Of a stretch of DNA of 64,000 nucleotides, positions 25,377 to 37,665 are shown piece by piece. The stretch lies in assembly GCF_050920415.1 (NCBI RefSeq), contig NZ_CP169309.1; one strand, given 5' to 3'. The DNA comes from Escherichia coli. Its GTDB lineage: Bacteria; Pseudomonadota; Gammaproteobacteria; Enterobacterales; Enterobacteriaceae. Numbering within the stretch: position 1 is the stretch's first letter; every line of letters starts with the position of its first letter. A program made the position numbers and the translations under genes. A model generated the notes under the pieces. That model was not told where the DNA came from. It made no database searches and was given only the letters and a program-made list of their open reading frames with translations.

Positions 25377-25976
25377 TTATCTGTTTTGGTTGTCGCACTC
25401 CACTAACGCCAGCAATAACTGGCTTAGTGCCGCGTAAAAACCAAAGCTGTCATACTGATGGCAACGTGCCGCAAACTCTGGTAACCATTGTTGCAGCGCC
25501 GTCAGTACTTTTTGCCGCAAACTGTCGATTCTTCGCGCAGGAACGGTCCCCTCTCCCAGCGAAAAATGCAGATGACTCAACAACTCGAGATAGATCGCCA
25601 GATGATCTGCCGGTTCGTTGAAATTGCCGCTGGTTTCCATCCCTGCCTCAACTAACAAGCGTTTAATCTCTTGCTCGTCCTGTTTGTAGGCCGATGCATA
25701 CGGCAGCGCCGCTTGTTTGTCGGTCATCAGAAACAGGCCGCAAAAGTCAGCGGCCAGTTCCAGACGGGCGTCGTCACGTACTGTCAGAGTGGCAATACGG
25801 TTTTCCAGCTCACTCACCGCCGCTGTGAGCGGCGGTTCGCTTTTTAGCAACGAAAACCATTCAGCCATCTGCGCACTGGCGATCTGCGTCAGTTGTTCAT
25901 CGTCCAGCTCACGGGAGAACAACTGCGCCAGCCAGGCGTAGACACAGGCAATCTGTTGTGCTGTCAGCGTGGTCAT
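25377..25976 (-). CDS. torD: TorD, TorA-specific chaperone
   Basis: 199-aa ORF overlapping torA stop; matches recalled TorD. Confidence 0.93.
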   Translation of the reverse strand: MTTLTAQQIACVYAWLAQLFSRELDDEQLTQIASAQMAEWFSLLKSEPPLTAAVSELENRIATLTVRDDARLELAADFCGLFLMTDKQAALPYASAYKQDEQEIKRLLVEAGMETSGNFNEPADHLAIYLELLSHLHFSLGEGTVPARRIDSLRQKVLTALQQWLPEFAARCHQYDSFGFYAALSQLLLALVECDNQNR

Positions 25977-28519
25977 GATTTCACCTGCGACGCGGGAACA
26001 TATTCACACTGCGCCACCATCTCAACGGGGCCATTAAACGCCGTCACCTGCTCCACTGTTCCGTTGTACTTCTCAATTTCCACCAGCGTGGTATGCGCAC
26101 TGGTCGCCTGCGCCAGCTGCGAAGTACCGATGTCGATGGTCAACACGTTGGGGTTACCGTATTTACACAGTGCACCAGGCTCGCCGCCTTTATCTGGGTC
26201 GTACCATGCCCCTTCGTGAATTCGTGCCACGCCGGGTGCATAGCAGTCAGAAACCACTGCTCCAGCCAACACCTGACCACGAGCGTTAAAGACGCGCACC
26301 ACATCACCGTTACGAATACCGCGCGCACTGGCATCCTGCGGGCTAATAAATACTGGCTCTTTACCCGCAACCGTATATTGCTGACGCAAAGTTTCCGACT
26401 CACATAACTGCGAGTGAAGTCGGAAATCCGGATGCACAGATTGCAGATGCAACGGATACTTCTGCGAGCCGGGCCCACCGTGGGAGCGTTCGATTTTCTC
26501 AAACCACATCGGATGCCCCTGACAATCGTCGTAGTTCATATCAGCGATGGTTTTTGAGTAGATCTCAATCAGGCCACTCGGCGTGCCTAGTGGTTCGAGA
26601 TCCGGATCTTCCCGGAATGCCTGGTGGCGAACAAACATCTGCGGATGGTCAAACTCGACGTACTCTTTCTTATTCCAGAAGTCATCAAACGCTGGTAGAT
26701 GAACACCGCGTCCTTTGCCCTGTTGTACACCTTCTTGCCAGATGCGTTTCAGCCAGCCCATTTCGTCCAGCCCTTCGGTAAAGGCTTCTTCGCGATTAAA
26801 GCGGCGGCACAGCTCGCGGAAAATATCAAAGTCGTTGCGCGCCTCGAACTGCGGCGGCACCACCTGTTTCATGGCGATAATGCCACGGTTGGAGTGGTTG
26901 CCATACTGGTCGAGATCGTTACGCTCAAACTGCGTGGTCGCAGGCAGCACGATATCGGCAAAGCGGCAGGTTGAGGTCCACTGGTTATCTATGGCGATAA
27001 CCGTTTCCAGCTTGCGCCAGCCTTCAATAATGCGGTTGATCTGCTGATGGCGATGGAACGGGTTCGTTCCGGCAAAAATACACATTTTCAGCGGCGGCAG
27101 TTTTACCGATTTACCGTTCCAGTTGATCACTTTCCCCGGTTCGAGGATCGCATCGACAAAACGGGCAATCGGAATGGTGCTGCTGTAGCCTTTGTAATCA
27201 CTGTTGTCGTGAACAGGCGGAATCGACGAAGAGCCGGAGAAACCACTCAGAATAACGCCTTTACGTCCCGGCGTGCCTGCGCCGTTATAGTGCCAGCCAA
27301 AACCAAAGCCACCACCTGGCAGGCCAATTTGCCCCAGCATCGCCGCCAGAACCACAATCATCCACGCCCACTGTTCACCGTGCTGCATACGCTGTACGCA
27401 CCAACCAGCAATAATCTGCGTTCTGTTCGCCGCCATCTGCCGCGCCAGTCCACGAATGGTTTCGGCATCAATGCCAGTCAGTTTTTCAGCCCATGCGGCA
27501 TCTTTCGGCTGACCGTCTTTCTCGCCCAGCAGATAGGGCAGGAACTGCTCAAAACCCACACAGTAGTTAGCGAGGAAGTTTTTGTCGTACAGGTTTTCGC
27601 TGTACAACGTATGCGCCAGCGCCAGTTGCAGCGGCACGTCAGTTTGCGGGTTAACCGCAATGTGCTTCACATGCTCGCGTCCCAGATACTCATGAGTGGA
27701 TGTAACAACCGGATCGATGCTGATGACCTGAATTTCACCGGCGGCGACTTTCGCTTTCAACTGCGCGTAATATTCATAAACATCGTGATCCGGGCACCAC
27801 CAGTTCGCTTGCTGGTTTTTCAGCAAATCGGAGCCCCACAGCACAATGGTTTTGCTGTTCTGCAATACCAGCGGCCAGGAGGTTTGCTGTTCATACACTT
27901 CCATTGAGCCAACTACACGCGGCAGGATCACCTGCGCAGCACCGGTGGAGTAATCCCCACCCGTACCCACGCTATTACCATGTAAGGCAATCGCTTTCGC
28001 CAACATCCCCGACGCGTTATGGAACATCCCCGTCGACTGCCAACCACTGGCGGTCAACAAGGCACTCGGCCCGTGAGTTTTCTGTACGCGTTCCAGTTCT
28101 TCATAGAACATGTCGAGGGCTTCATCCCAGCTCACGCGCACAAAACGGTTATCACCTCGCTGGGAGGTGTCGCTCAGATGGCGCTTACGTAGCCAGTCCA
28201 CGCGTACCATCGGATAACGAATACGCACCGCGTTGTGTACGTGGTCCGGCAATCCGGCGATCATTTTCGACGGATATTTATCCAGTTCGAACGGTTTTGC
28301 CGCCACAAAGCGACCATCCTTCACCGTCGCGCGGATAGCCCCCCAGTGCGACCCGGTAAGAATGCCCTCTTTCGAGGTGACAGCCTCAGTCGCCGCTTGC
28401 GCCGCAGTCGCACGGCGCGGCGTTAACAGTGACGGCCCCAGCATCCCGGCGACAGTTAAGCCGCCGAGTTGTGCCAGAAAACGTCGACGTGATGCCTGAA
28501 AGAGATCGTTATTGTTCAT
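25973..28519 (-). CDS. torA: TorA, TMAO reductase (molybdoenzyme, Tat substrate)
   Basis: 848-aa ORF; twin-arginine signal [12 protein letters not shown]; matches recalled TorA. Confidence 0.95.
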   Translation of the reverse strand: MNNNDLFQASRRRFLAQLGGLTVAGMLGPSLLTPRRATAAQAATEAVTSKEGILTGSHWGAIRATVKDGRFVAAKPFELDKYPSKMIAGLPDHVHNAVRIRYPMVRVDWLRKRHLSDTSQRGDNRFVRVSWDEALDMFYEELERVQKTHGPSALLTASGWQSTGMFHNASGMLAKAIALHGNSVGTGGDYSTGAAQVILPRVVGSMEVYEQQTSWPLVLQNSKTIVLWGSDLLKNQQANWWCPDHDVYEYYAQLKAKVAAGEIQVISIDPVVTSTHEYLGREHVKHIAVNPQTDVPLQLALAHTLYSENLYDKNFLANYCVGFEQFLPYLLGEKDGQPKDAAWAEKLTGIDAETIRGLARQMAANRTQIIAGWCVQRMQHGEQWAWMIVVLAAMLGQIGLPGGGFGFGWHYNGAGTPGRKGVILSGFSGSSSIPPVHDNSDYKGYSSTIPIARFVDAILEPGKVINWNGKSVKLPPLKMCIFAGTNPFHRHQQINRIIEGWRKLETVIAIDNQWTSTCRFADIVLPATTQFERNDLDQYGNHSNRGIIAMKQVVPPQFEARNDFDIFRELCRRFNREEAFTEGLDEMGWLKRIWQEGVQQGKGRGVHLPAFDDFWNKKEYVEFDHPQMFVRHQAFREDPDLEPLGTPSGLIEIYSKTIADMNYDDCQGHPMWFEKIERSHGGPGSQKYPLHLQSVHPDFRLHSQLCESETLRQQYTVAGKEPVFISPQDASARGIRNGDVVRVFNARGQVLAGAVVSDCYAPGVARIHEGAWYDPDKGGEPGALCKYGNPNVLTIDIGTSQLAQATSAHTTLVEIEKYNGTVEQVTAFNGPVEMVAQCEYVPASQVKS

Positions 28520-29691
28520 TATTTTTCTTCCTTCTTATCGCCGTGAGCCTTACCTGCGGTATCAGACGCATTCATTTGCAGATATTTCAGCAAGGTGCGT
28601 TCTTCACGTTTATCGAGGCTGGTAAAGCCAATCATGCCGTTGAGCGTGCCAATCCAACCATTAGCGTCAAAGTGGGCGATTTCCGGTGCGCCGTGGCATT
28701 GATTACAGGTGCCGTTGTACAGCGAATCCGCATAAGCCCAGATCGGTTTGATATCGTTCACCATGTCGCCTTTCTTCATCCACGCGGTGGCCTGCAATTT
28801 GCTCCACTCGGTATTGGTGTCGGCAACGGTGGTTTTCTCCAGCGTTTTCACCTGCTGCTGAACATCGCCACGAATCGAGGCAACAAAGATGCGTTTGCCA
28901 GGGAACTGGGTGAGTACACGCTGACGTCCTGCGCTTTCCGTCCAGCCAGTGATTTCAATTTGCAGCCAGTCGCCGTCACGTTTAAGGACTTTCACTTCCG
29001 AAGCAGGCAGCAGAGAACCAGACGCTTCTTTATCGCCTTTCGCCGCATAAATTGGCTTAATATCAATGGAGTACAGCGTATCACCACTATCATTTGCACT
29101 GGCGCGCAGCTCATCGAATTGCTTACGGAAGCCGCTACTCATATCCGGCAACTGGTGGGCAATACCTTTATGACAGTCGATGCAGGATTGATTATCTTTC
29201 GCTGCCACCTTCATCTGACGTGCCGCTTCAGGATGTTGCTTCGCATGATCCATCGCGTCGTAGTTATGGCAGGAGCGGCAGGTTGCCGAGTTGTTTTCTT
29301 TCATTCGCGCCCATTCACGCTCGGCAAGTTCCGCGCGTTTGGCTTCGAATTTCTCAGGTGTATCAATGGAGTGGGCAATAAAGGTCTGGTAGATGTCGTT
29401 GCTCGCTTCCAGTTTACGCTTCACCATGCCTGGAATATCTGGCGGGATATGGCAGTCATGGCATTCAGCTCGCACACCGGAGGCGTTCTGGAAATGCACC
29501 GACTGTTTATATTCTTCATACACCGGTTGCATACTGTGGCAACTGACACAAAATTCGGTTGTGCTGGTGACTTTGATACCCACGTGAGGTAACACAATCA
29601 GCGCAATGCCAATCACAATCCCAATAGCGACCAGCGCCAGTACCGACCAACGAGCACTGGGTCGACGTAACGCGTTCCAGAGTTTCCGCAT
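28519..29691 (-). CDS. torC: TorC, pentaheme c-type cytochrome
   Basis: 390-aa frame from MRKLWNALRRPSARW; multiple CxxCH heme motifs; ORF-track maximum extends to 29739. Confidence 0.93.
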   Translation of the reverse strand: MRKLWNALRRPSARWSVLALVAIGIVIGIALIVLPHVGIKVTSTTEFCVSCHSMQPVYEEYKQSVHFQNASGVRAECHDCHIPPDIPGMVKRKLEASNDIYQTFIAHSIDTPEKFEAKRAELAEREWARMKENNSATCRSCHNYDAMDHAKQHPEAARQMKVAAKDNQSCIDCHKGIAHQLPDMSSGFRKQFDELRASANDSGDTLYSIDIKPIYAAKGDKEASGSLLPASEVKVLKRDGDWLQIEITGWTESAGRQRVLTQFPGKRIFVASIRGDVQQQVKTLEKTTVADTNTEWSKLQATAWMKKGDMVNDIKPIWAYADSLYNGTCNQCHGAPEIAHFDANGWIGTLNGMIGFTSLDKREERTLLKYLQMNASDTAGKAHGDKKEEK

Positions 29692-29739
29692 AATAGCCCC
29701 TGTAAAATTATGGTTTAGTGAAGCGATCTTAATGAGCAA

Positions 29740-29802
29740 ATATGAACAGCGGCACTGGTCAGGATGAACGGCTTACGGCAGAATATGAACAGATATGAAC
29801 AG
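29740..29802 (-). promoter_or_regulatory. tor boxes (TorR binding decamers) in torC promoter
   Basis: four decamers on the torC strand: CTGTTCATAT (x3) and CCGTTCATCC, at 29740-49, 29762-71, 29783-92 and 29793-802. Confidence 0.85.
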
Positions 29803-29820
29803 AATGAGTAAAACTCTCTG

Positions 29821-30513
29821 ATGCCACATCACATTGTTATTGTTGAAGATGAGCCGGTTACCCAGGCGCGATTACAAACCTACTTCACTCAGGAGGGGTA
29901 TACGGTTTCCGTTACGGCGAGCGGTGCCGGGCTGCGTGAAATTATGCAAAACCAGCCAGTGGATTTAATTCTGCTGGATATCAATTTGCCCGATGAAAAT
30001 GGCCTGATGTTAACCCGCGCCCTGCGGGAACGTTCGACGGTGGGTATTATTCTGGTTACCGGACGCAGCGATCGGATTGACCGTATTGTTGGGCTGGAAA
30101 TGGGCGCAGACGATTACGTCACCAAGCCGCTGGAACTGCGCGAACTGGTGGTACGGGTGAAAAATCTGCTCTGGCGAATCGACCTCGCGCGACAGGCTCA
30201 ACCGCTCACTCAGGACAACTGCTATCGCTTTGCCGGTTATTGCCTGAATGTGTCGCGCCATACGCTGGAGCTTGATGGCGAACCGATTAAACTAACCCGC
30301 GCAGAGTATGAAATGTTGGTGGCATTTGTGACCAATCCGGGCGAAATTCTCAGCCGTGAACGTCTGCTGCGTATGCTTTCTGCGCGCCGGGTGGAAAACC
30401 CCGACCTGCGCACCGTCGATGTGTTAATTCGTCGTTTACGTCATAAACTCAGCGCGGATTTACTGGTGACACAACATGGCGAAGGTTATTTCTTAGCCGC
30501 TGATGTGTGCTGA
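29821..30513 (+). CDS. torR: TorR, OmpR-family response regulator
   Basis: 230-aa ORF; receiver plus winged-helix domains; matches recalled TorR. Confidence 0.95.
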   Translation: MPHHIVIVEDEPVTQARLQTYFTQEGYTVSVTASGAGLREIMQNQPVDLILLDINLPDENGLMLTRALRERSTVGIILVTGRSDRIDRIVGLEMGADDYVTKPLELRELVVRVKNLLWRIDLARQAQPLTQDNCYRFAGYCLNVSRHTLELDGEPIKLTRAEYEMLVAFVTNPGEILSRERLLRMLSARRVENPDLRTVDVLIRRLRHKLSADLLVTQHGEGYFLAADVC

Positions 30514-31514
30514 TAAAAATAGACCGGACGAAATCCCCCTGGTGACAGCGAGCGGCGGATATGTTCGCGGTCGGCATTTTTCGGCGTCAGGACTAAAATC
30601 GGTGGGCTGACATTATCAGACACCGATTGTCCCTGTAATTGCCTGATCGCTTGCTCAACCGCCAGTTCCCCCTGCCAGACCATTTGATCGCTGGCAGCCA
30701 TAATCACTCTTCCCCGCTTCAACCCGCGATACACCTGATGTGAAAGATAAAACGACACCACGGTAAGCGGCGTTTTCAGGTTACGCCCTTCACCCATTGC
30801 CGCCTCTGCCGCAATCGCCGTTCCGGCCACAACGTCGATTTCTGGATGGCGCTCCAACATCTCCTGCAACAGGTTACGCTGGATTTCAATATCGTTGTCG
30901 CCGAGCGCAATATCGACAATACGCACCGGGCTTCCGGCAATGGCGGCGCGGAAACCCTCTACCATCTCCTTACTGCCCCCGGCGTTATCGGGGCCGGGCA
31001 TCAACAGCACGTTCAGTGGTTTTCCGTGACTCCATTGCACCAGATATCGCCCTGGTTGATAGCCCATCTGAAACCACGGCACACCAACGCGGCTTTTCAC
31101 CTGGGGAGCATCAATAGCATTTACCAGTTCGATCACCGGCAGACTTGCTACCTGCTTTTGCAGGTCGGGAAATGACGTCGTGCTACTACCGAGCAAAATG
31201 GCCTCTGCCCCCCACTGTTTGCACTGGTCGATTTGTGCTTGCTGGGTAGCCAACTGGCTGTAGCCGCCTGCCTCCAGCACTTTTAAATCCACACCGTAGC
31301 GGCGAGCAGCCTCCTGCATACCATAGTTCAACGATAACCAGTATGAATCTTTCAGGCTGGGATAAAGCGCGCACAGTTTCCATGAACGTTTGGCTTTAAG
31401 CGGTGTAGAGGGTTGCACCGAGAAATGCTGCGCATCATGCCAGCGCAACAAGTTATCAGCCGAAAATCCAGGCAACATGAAAAGGGAAAGAAGTAACAAT
31501 AGCAGTACGCGCAT
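30486..31514 (-). CDS. torT: TorT, periplasmic TMAO-binding protein
   Basis: 342-aa ORF with signal peptide; 3' end overlaps torR 3' end by 28 bp (convergent). Confidence 0.93.
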   Translation of the reverse strand: MRVLLLLLLSLFMLPGFSADNLLRWHDAQHFSVQPSTPLKAKRSWKLCALYPSLKDSYWLSLNYGMQEAARRYGVDLKVLEAGGYSQLATQQAQIDQCKQWGAEAILLGSSTTSFPDLQKQVASLPVIELVNAIDAPQVKSRVGVPWFQMGYQPGRYLVQWSHGKPLNVLLMPGPDNAGGSKEMVEGFRAAIAGSPVRIVDIALGDNDIEIQRNLLQEMLERHPEIDVVAGTAIAAEAAMGEGRNLKTPLTVVSFYLSHQVYRGLKRGRVIMAASDQMVWQGELAVEQAIRQLQGQSVSDNVSPPILVLTPKNADREHIRRSLSPGGFRPVYFYQHTSAAKK

Positions 31515-31596
31515 GATAGCCTCATCAATAATAAGGCTTTATGCTAGATGCATTCCGCTTTGCGACTCAACCTTTTTCACCTTAAGTACACTGACC

Positions 31597-34341
31597 GTGA
31601 ATTTAACCCTGACCCGAAGACTCTGGATGGGCTTTGCCCTGATGGCGCTGTTAACCCTGACCAGTACCCTGGTGGGATGGTACAACCTGCGATTTATCAG
31701 CCAGGTGGAAAAAGACAATACTCAGGCATTGATTCCTACCATGAATATGGCGCGCCAGTTGAGCGAAGCCAGCGCCTGGGAACTTTTCGCCGCACAGAAC
31801 CTGACCAGTGCCGATAACGAAAAGATGTGGCAGGCGCAGGGGCGAATGCTCACCGCACAAAGCCTGAAGATTAACGCGTTGCTGCAAGCGTTACGGGAAC
31901 AAGGTTTTGATACCACCGCTATTGAACAACAGGAGCAGGAGATCTCCCGTTCGTTACGTCAACAAGGGGAACTGGTGGGGCAGCGTTTGCAACTGCGCCA
32001 GCAACAACAGCAACTCAGCCAGCAGATAGTCGCTGCTGCCGATGAGATCGCACGCCTGGCACAAGGTCAGGCGAATAATGCGGCAACCTCCGCCGGAGCG
32101 ACCCAGGCTGGGATTTACGATTTGATCGAACAACATCAGCGTCAGGCCGCAGAAAACGCACTTGATCGGCTGATTGATATCGATCTTGAGTACGTTAACC
32201 AGATGAATGAACTGCGCCTTAGCGCCCTGCGGGTGCAGCAAATGGTGATGAATCTGGGGCTGGAACAGATCCAGAAAAATGCGCCAACGCTGGAAAAGCA
32301 GCTCAATAATGCGGTGAAAATTCTGCAACGTCGGCAAATACGCATTGAAGATCCGGGAGTTCGTGCTCAGGTCGCAACAACGTTAACTTCCGTTAGCCAA
32401 TATAGCGATTTGCTGGCGCTGTATCAGCAGGACAGTGAAATCAGCAATCACCTGCAAACTCTCGCCCAAAATAACATCGCCCAGTTCGCGCAGTTTAGTA
32501 GCGAAGTCAGTCAACTGGTCGACACCATTGAGCTGCGTAATCAGCATGGCCTGGCGCATCTGGAAAAAGCCAGTGCACGCGGGCAATACAGCCTGTTATT
32601 GCTGGGGATAGTTTCACTTTGTGCATTGATTCTGATCCTCTGGCGCGTAGTTTATCGCTCAGTCACGCGTCCACTTGCCGAACAAACGCAGGCGCTGCAA
32701 CGACTGCTGGACGGTGATATCGACTCCCCTTTTCCGGAAACCGCTGGCGTGCGGGAGCTGGACACCATCGGGCGGCTGATGGATGCGTTTCGCAGCAGTG
32801 TTCATGCGCTTAATCGCCACCGCGAACAGCTGGCGGCGCAGGTAAAAGCGCGCACAGCCGAATTGCAGGAATTGGTGGTCGAACATCGACAGGCACGGGC
32901 GGAAGCAGAAAAAGCCAGCCAGGCAAAATCGGCGTTTCTGGCGGCAATGAGCCATGAGATCCGCACACCGCTGTACGGTATTCTCGGCACCGCGCAACTG
33001 CTGGCGGATAATCCCGCACTTAATGCCCAGCGTGATGATTTGCGGGCAATTACTGACTCTGGTGAATCGTTGCTGACCATCCTTAACGACATTCTCGATT
33101 ATTCGGCTATCGAAGCGGGTGGCAAGAATGTTTCGGTCAGCGATGAGCCCTTTGAACCGCGCCCGCTGCTGGAAAGTACCCTGCAATTAATGAGCGGACG
33201 GGTGAAAGATCGCCCAATTCGCCTGGCAACGGCAATTGCCGACGATGTACCAACTGCGTTAATGGGCGATCCGCGACGAATTCGTCAGGTCATTACCAAC
33301 CTGTTGAGCAACGCCCTGCGTTTCACTGACGAAGGGCACATTATCCTGCGTAGTCGCACTGATGGCGAGCAATGGCTACTCGAAGTAGAAGACAGCGGCT
33401 GCGGTATTGATCCCGCGAAACTGGCAGAAATCTTCCAGCCATTTGTTCAGGTAAGCGGCAAACGCGGCGGCACCGGGCTGGGGCTGACTATCAGTAGCCG
33501 TCTGGCCCAGGCGATGGGTGGCGAACTGAGCGCCACCAGTACGCCGGAGGTTGGAAGCTGTTTTTGTTTACGCTTGCCGTTACGTATTGCCACGGCACCC
33601 GTGCCCAAAACAGTCAATCAGGCGGTACGTCTGGACGATTTGCGTTTGCTGTTAATTGAAGATAACCCGCTAACCCAGCGAATTACCGTCGAAATGCTGA
33701 ACACCAGTGGTGCGCAGGTCGTTGCGGTAGGAAATGCCGCGCAGGCAATAGATGCATTGCAAAATAGCGAACCGTTTGCTGCCGCACTGGTGGATTTTGA
33801 TCTGCCGGATATAGACGGCATTACCCTTGCCCGGCAACTGGCACAGCAATATCCGTCACTGGTTTTGATTGGCTTTAGCGCCCATGTCATCGACGAAACA
33901 CTGCGCCAGCGTACCAGTTCATTATTTCGCGGGATTATACCTAAACCGGTGCCGCGTGAAGTGCTCGGTCAGTTACTGGCGCACTATCTCCAACTGCAAG
34001 TCAATAACGATCAACCGTTGGATATATCGCAACTCAATGAAGATGCTCAGTTAATGGGAACAAAGAAGATCCACGAATGGCTGGCATTATTTAAACAACA
34101 TGCCCTGCCGCTTCTCGATGAAATCGACATTGCCCGCGCCAGTCAGGATAGCGAGAAAATAAAGCGTGCCGCGCATCAGCTAAAAAGCAGTTGCTCAAGT
34201 CTGGGAATGCGTAGCGCCAGCCAGTTATGCGCACAACTGGAGCAGCAGCCATTATCTGCCCCCCTTCCACACGAAGAAATTACACGCAGTGTTGCCGCTC
34301 TGGAAGCATGGTTGAATAAGAAAGACCTGAACGCGATTTGA
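31597..34341 (+). CDS. torS: TorS, hybrid sensor histidine kinase
   Basis: 914-aa frame from a GTG start ([19 protein letters not shown]); HisKA/HATPase, receiver and HPt regions; ORF-track maximum starts at 31390. Confidence 0.9.
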   Translation: MNLTLTRRLWMGFALMALLTLTSTLVGWYNLRFISQVEKDNTQALIPTMNMARQLSEASAWELFAAQNLTSADNEKMWQAQGRMLTAQSLKINALLQALREQGFDTTAIEQQEQEISRSLRQQGELVGQRLQLRQQQQQLSQQIVAAADEIARLAQGQANNAATSAGATQAGIYDLIEQHQRQAAENALDRLIDIDLEYVNQMNELRLSALRVQQMVMNLGLEQIQKNAPTLEKQLNNAVKILQRRQIRIEDPGVRAQVATTLTSVSQYSDLLALYQQDSEISNHLQTLAQNNIAQFAQFSSEVSQLVDTIELRNQHGLAHLEKASARGQYSLLLLGIVSLCALILILWRVVYRSVTRPLAEQTQALQRLLDGDIDSPFPETAGVRELDTIGRLMDAFRSSVHALNRHREQLAAQVKARTAELQELVVEHRQARAEAEKASQAKSAFLAAMSHEIRTPLYGILGTAQLLADNPALNAQRDDLRAITDSGESLLTILNDILDYSAIEAGGKNVSVSDEPFEPRPLLESTLQLMSGRVKDRPIRLATAIADDVPTALMGDPRRIRQVITNLLSNALRFTDEGHIILRSRTDGEQWLLEVEDSGCGIDPAKLAEIFQPFVQVSGKRGGTGLGLTISSRLAQAMGGELSATSTPEVGSCFCLRLPLRIATAPVPKTVNQAVRLDDLRLLLIEDNPLTQRITVEMLNTSGAQVVAVGNAAQAIDALQNSEPFAAALVDFDLPDIDGITLARQLAQQYPSLVLIGFSAHVIDETLRQRTSSLFRGIIPKPVPREVLGQLLAHYLQLQVNNDQPLDISQLNEDAQLMGTKKIHEWLALFKQHALPLLDEIDIARASQDSEKIKRAAHQLKSSCSSLGMRSASQLCAQLEQQPLSAPLPHEEITRSVAALEAWLNKKDLNAI

Positions 34342-34412
34342 ATCAATATCAGCCAGTTAAGAACAACTAGAATAGTGGCATTTGGTATGCAACTTAACGG
34401 ACTGGCAAAATC

Positions 34413-35486
34413 ATGACAGAGAAAAGAAGAACCCGCTGGCAGCGGCGGCCAGGGACGACGGGCGGCAAATTACCGTGGAATGACTGGCGCAATGCCACGA
34501 CCTGGCGTAAAGCGACGCAATTATTACTGTTGGCAATTAATATTTATATTGCCATCACGTTCTGGTATTGGGTGCGCTATTACGAAACGGCAGGTAGTAC
34601 GACATTTGTCGCCAGGCCAGGAGGCATCGAAGGCTGGCTACCGATTGCCGGTCTGATGAATCTGAAATATAGCCTTGCAACAGGCCAGTTACCGTCCGTC
34701 CACGCCGCCGCGATGCTGTTATTGGTCGCTTTTATCGTCATCAGTCTATTACTAAAAAAGGCCTTTTGTTCATGGTTATGCCCGGTTGGTACGCTTTCTG
34801 AATTCATCGGCGATCTCGGTAACAAACTGTTTGGTCGGCAATTTGTCCTTCCCCGCTGTCTGGATATTCCTCTGCGCGGCGTGAAGTATTTGCTGTTGAG
34901 TTTTTTTCTCTATATCGCGTTATTGATGCCCGCTCAGGCTATTCACTATTTTATGTTGTCGCCCTACAGCGTGGTGATGGACGTTAAAATGCTCGATTTC
35001 TTTCGTCATATGGGGACATCGACATTAATCAGCGTGACCGTTTTGCTGATTGTCAGTCTGTTTATTCGCCATGCCTGGTGTCGTTATCTTTGCCCATATG
35101 GCGCGCTGATGGGCGTGGTTTCGCTATTGTCGCCGTTTAAGATTCGTCGCAATGCCGAAAGTTGTATCGACTGTGGCAAATGCGCAAAAAATTGCCCATC
35201 GCGGATCCCGGTCGATAAATTAATTCAGGTACGAACCGTGGAATGTACCGGTTGTATGACTTGCGTAGAGTCATGTCCGGTAGCCTCAACATTGACCTTT
35301 TCACTGCAAAAACCTGCGGCAAATAAAAAAGCCTTTGCGTTGTCTGGCTGGTTAATGACGCTACTGGTTCTGGGGATTATGTTTGCGGTGATTGGTTACG
35401 CAATGTATGCGGGAGTATGGCAAAGCCCGGTGCCGGAGGAATTGTACCGACGCTTAATTCCGCAAGCGCCAATGATTGGTCACTAA
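34413..35486 (+). CDS. yccM: YccM, predicted 4Fe-4S membrane protein
   Basis: 357-aa ORF with multiple TM segments and CxxCxxCxxxCP ferredoxin motifs. Confidence 0.88.
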   Translation: MTEKRRTRWQRRPGTTGGKLPWNDWRNATTWRKATQLLLLAINIYIAITFWYWVRYYETAGSTTFVARPGGIEGWLPIAGLMNLKYSLATGQLPSVHAAAMLLLVAFIVISLLLKKAFCSWLCPVGTLSEFIGDLGNKLFGRQFVLPRCLDIPLRGVKYLLLSFFLYIALLMPAQAIHYFMLSPYSVVMDVKMLDFFRHMGTSTLISVTVLLIVSLFIRHAWCRYLCPYGALMGVVSLLSPFKIRRNAESCIDCGKCAKNCPSRIPVDKLIQVRTVECTGCMTCVESCPVASTLTFSLQKPAANKKAFALSGWLMTLLVLGIMFAVIGYAMYAGVWQSPVPEELYRRLIPQAPMIGH

Positions 35487-35534
35487 ATTAGCAACAAGCG
35501 GAACATCACCTCGCACGGGGTGATGTTCACAAAA

Positions 35535-35708
35535 TCACATTATTTTGATTTTGACATCATAGCTTTCAAGCCCGGTCATTTTTTCTCGTGCGGTGAAGCG
35601 AATTTCAGAGACTTCTTTCCCTGTATTCTTGTTCAGCTCGGCGATTTTTTGCGCGATAAAGTCAGCGATTTCCGTTTCGGCTTGTTTTTTTAACTCTTCA
35701 ATATTCAC
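35535..35708 (-). CDS. gnsB: GnsB-like small protein (57 aa)
   Basis: hand translation from a GTG start gives VNIEELKKQAETEIADFIAQKIAELNKNTGKEVSEIRFTAREKMTGLESYDVKIKIM, Gns family; RBS gagg upstream; not in the ORF track. Confidence 0.65.
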   Translation of the reverse strand: MNIEELKKQAETEIADFIAQKIAELNKNTGKEVSEIRFTAREKMTGLESYDVKIKIM

Positions 35709-35928
35709 TGTTAACCTCTTCTGGTCTTAAAAGACAGCAACACGCCAGTAAGGTGTTGGTTCCCGGTACCCTGGTCAGGTAAGAAATGTTATAAGCCATC
35801 TCCCCTAAAGATTCAATAATCAACAGGTTATCGCTTACTATACATACAGCGTTAAAGAAAAATAAGGCAGATATAAAAAAGGCTCCACGAGGGAGCCTAA
35901 TCTTATTTTGTGAAATCCAGCGGCGCAT
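35698..35928 (-). CDS. ymcE: YmcE/Sfa-like small membrane protein (76 aa)
   Basis: frame from MRRWISQNKIRLPRGAFFISALFFF; position between gnsB and cspG as in K-12. Confidence 0.55.
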   Translation of the reverse strand: MRRWISQNKIRLPRGAFFISALFFFNAVCIVSDNLLIIESLGEMAYNISYLTRVPGTNTLLACCCLLRPEEVNSEY

Positions 35929-36101
35929 GGTCAGTGCGTATTTGCAGCGCGACGTTATCAAAGGTGATCATCGTCGATTTACAAAAAATACACTTTGCCC
36001 CTAAAGGATTTCGCTCCGTCACATCGAATGCCGATGTGCGGTACTGTGAACCATGACAACATGGACAGCGGAAATGGAGATGTTGAGTAATAACGGCAAC
36101 C

Positions 36102-36314
36102 TTAGAGCGTAACAACGTTCGCTGCCGCGGGACCACGTTGCCCCTGCTCAATAGAAAATTCAACTTTCTGATTTTCGTTCAGCGTGCGGAATTCATTGCT
36201 CTGGATGGCGGTGAAATGGACGAAAACGTCTTTGCTGCCATCATCAGGAGTGATAAAGCCAAAACCTTTATCTGCGTTAAACCATTTTACTAAACCAGTC
36301 ATTTTATTAGACAT
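36102..36314 (-). CDS. cspG: CspG, cold shock protein
   Basis: 70-aa [24 protein letters not shown]... with CSD RNP motifs. Confidence 0.95.
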   Translation of the reverse strand: MSNKMTGLVKWFNADKGFGFITPDDGSKDVFVHFTAIQSNEFRTLNENQKVEFSIEQGQRGPAAANVVTL

Positions 36315-36599
36315 ATTTTACTTCCTTCATTTTGGGCCTTTCGGCAAACAGGGCTTTAATACAGAAACTACTTAGTGTTCAGGAGAGAGACTCAAAAGAA
36401 GGGGATAATGCCTGATAATGAGAACTGCTTTAGTAAACTACTTTGTATGCTGTCTGTCTTTCAAACCGACGCAGCTATTAACGCATGATAATTGAGATTA
36501 AGCAATTTTTATTTTAGCCGTCCGGCGGTCTTAAATATCGCTGGCTTTATTTTATTAACCCCGTATAGTGCAGCGCAGTATTTTCAGTAAGGAATTTGT

Positions 36600-36812
36600 T
36601 TGTCCCGTAAAATGACAGGAATTGTCAAAACCTTTGATCGCAAAAGCGGCAAAGGATTCATTATCCCCTCCGACGGTCGTAAAGAAGTCCAGGTCCATAT
36701 TTCCGCATTCACTCCCCGCGACGCAGAAGTGCTTATACCAGGATTACGCGTGGAATTTTGCCGCGTAAATGGCCTACGCGGACCAACAGCGGCAAATGTT
36801 TATCTCTCTTAA
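36600..36812 (+). CDS. cspH: CspH, cold shock-like protein
   Basis: 70-aa CSD protein; begins with TTG at 36600 (internal ATG at 36612); RBS aaggaa. Confidence 0.85.
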
Positions 36813-37253
36813 GATGACGCAGCTTGTTTAAAGCTGGCTGTTTTTATTAAAAAAGCTCAATAGTCAACATCGCACATTATAACAAAAGTTACTTTCACCC
36901 CAGAAAACAAATCCATTTAGCCGAATATCTCTGCACCTAATAGTTATAAATGCTACTTAACAGTCAATCATAGTACCGCTTGAAACTATATCACCAACAA
37001 TAGTTAATAGCTTTCTTAACAATTTTCTTATCTTTAATTTGTATTTTTCTAAGATTTATCTTATGCTCACAAGTCGTATTTCCAGAGGGAAATCGTTAAC
37101 AATCTTATATTTCTCTCTGCGCGCCTTTCCCACTCGCGGTATATAGTACCGACGGTATGCGGAAAGGGAGATTTCACAAGGATGTTATACTCAAAGTAGA
37201 CAATCCTGATCTCAAGCGTACGTATTGTCCATGCGATGAATAAAGGAAAAGTT

Positions 37254-37559
37254 ATGAAACACAAGCTTTCTGCAATCCTTATGGCCTTCATGTTGACGAC
37301 GCCAGCTGCGTTTGCTGCACCAGAAGCAGCAAACGGGACCGAGGCAACGACGGGTACTACTGGCACCACAACGACCACTACTGGTGCCACTACGACTGCT
37401 GCTACCACCGGTGGCGTAGCTGCTGGCGCTGTCGGCACGGCGACGGTTGTCGGTGTGGCAACGGCTGTTGGTGTGGCGACTTTGGCAGTAGTTGCAGCAA
37501 ATGACAGTGGCGATGGCGGTTCTCATAACACCTCAACCACCACGTCCACTACGCGCTAA
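37254..37559 (+). CDS. gfcA: GfcA, threonine-rich small protein of group 4 capsule operon
   Basis: 101-aa frame from MKHKLSAILMAFMLTTPAAFA with a long Thr/Gly/Ala low-complexity tract. Confidence 0.88.
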   Translation: MKHKLSAILMAFMLTTPAAFAAPEAANGTEATTGTTGTTTTTTGATTTAATTGGVAAGAVGTATVVGVATAVGVATLAVVAANDSGDGGSHNTSTTTSTTR

Positions 37560-37665
37560 TACTGCTTTAACGCGTCAAAATTAAAGTTAAATGATACCCG
37601 GTTGCGATATTCGTACCGGGCTTTAGAGATTTGCATTTTTTTAATTAACCTTTCAAGGATTAAAG

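Noticed and set aside
27047-27907. 286-aa plus-strand ORF
   Set aside because: Antisense shadow within torA.
28429-29592. 387-aa plus-strand ORF
   Set aside because: Antisense shadow of torC, a well-supported cytochrome gene on the other strand; no RBS and non-protein-like composition.
31390-31596. Upstream extension of the torS ORF (983-aa version)
   Set aside because: Overlaps the torT start region; the recalled TorS N-terminus begins at the GTG at 31597.
35903-36163. 86-aa minus-strand ORF with CxxC pairs overlapping the 3' end of cspG (possible ymcF)
   Set aside because: Overlaps cspG by about 60 nt, has no clear RBS, and I cannot match it confidently to a known protein; left unannotated.
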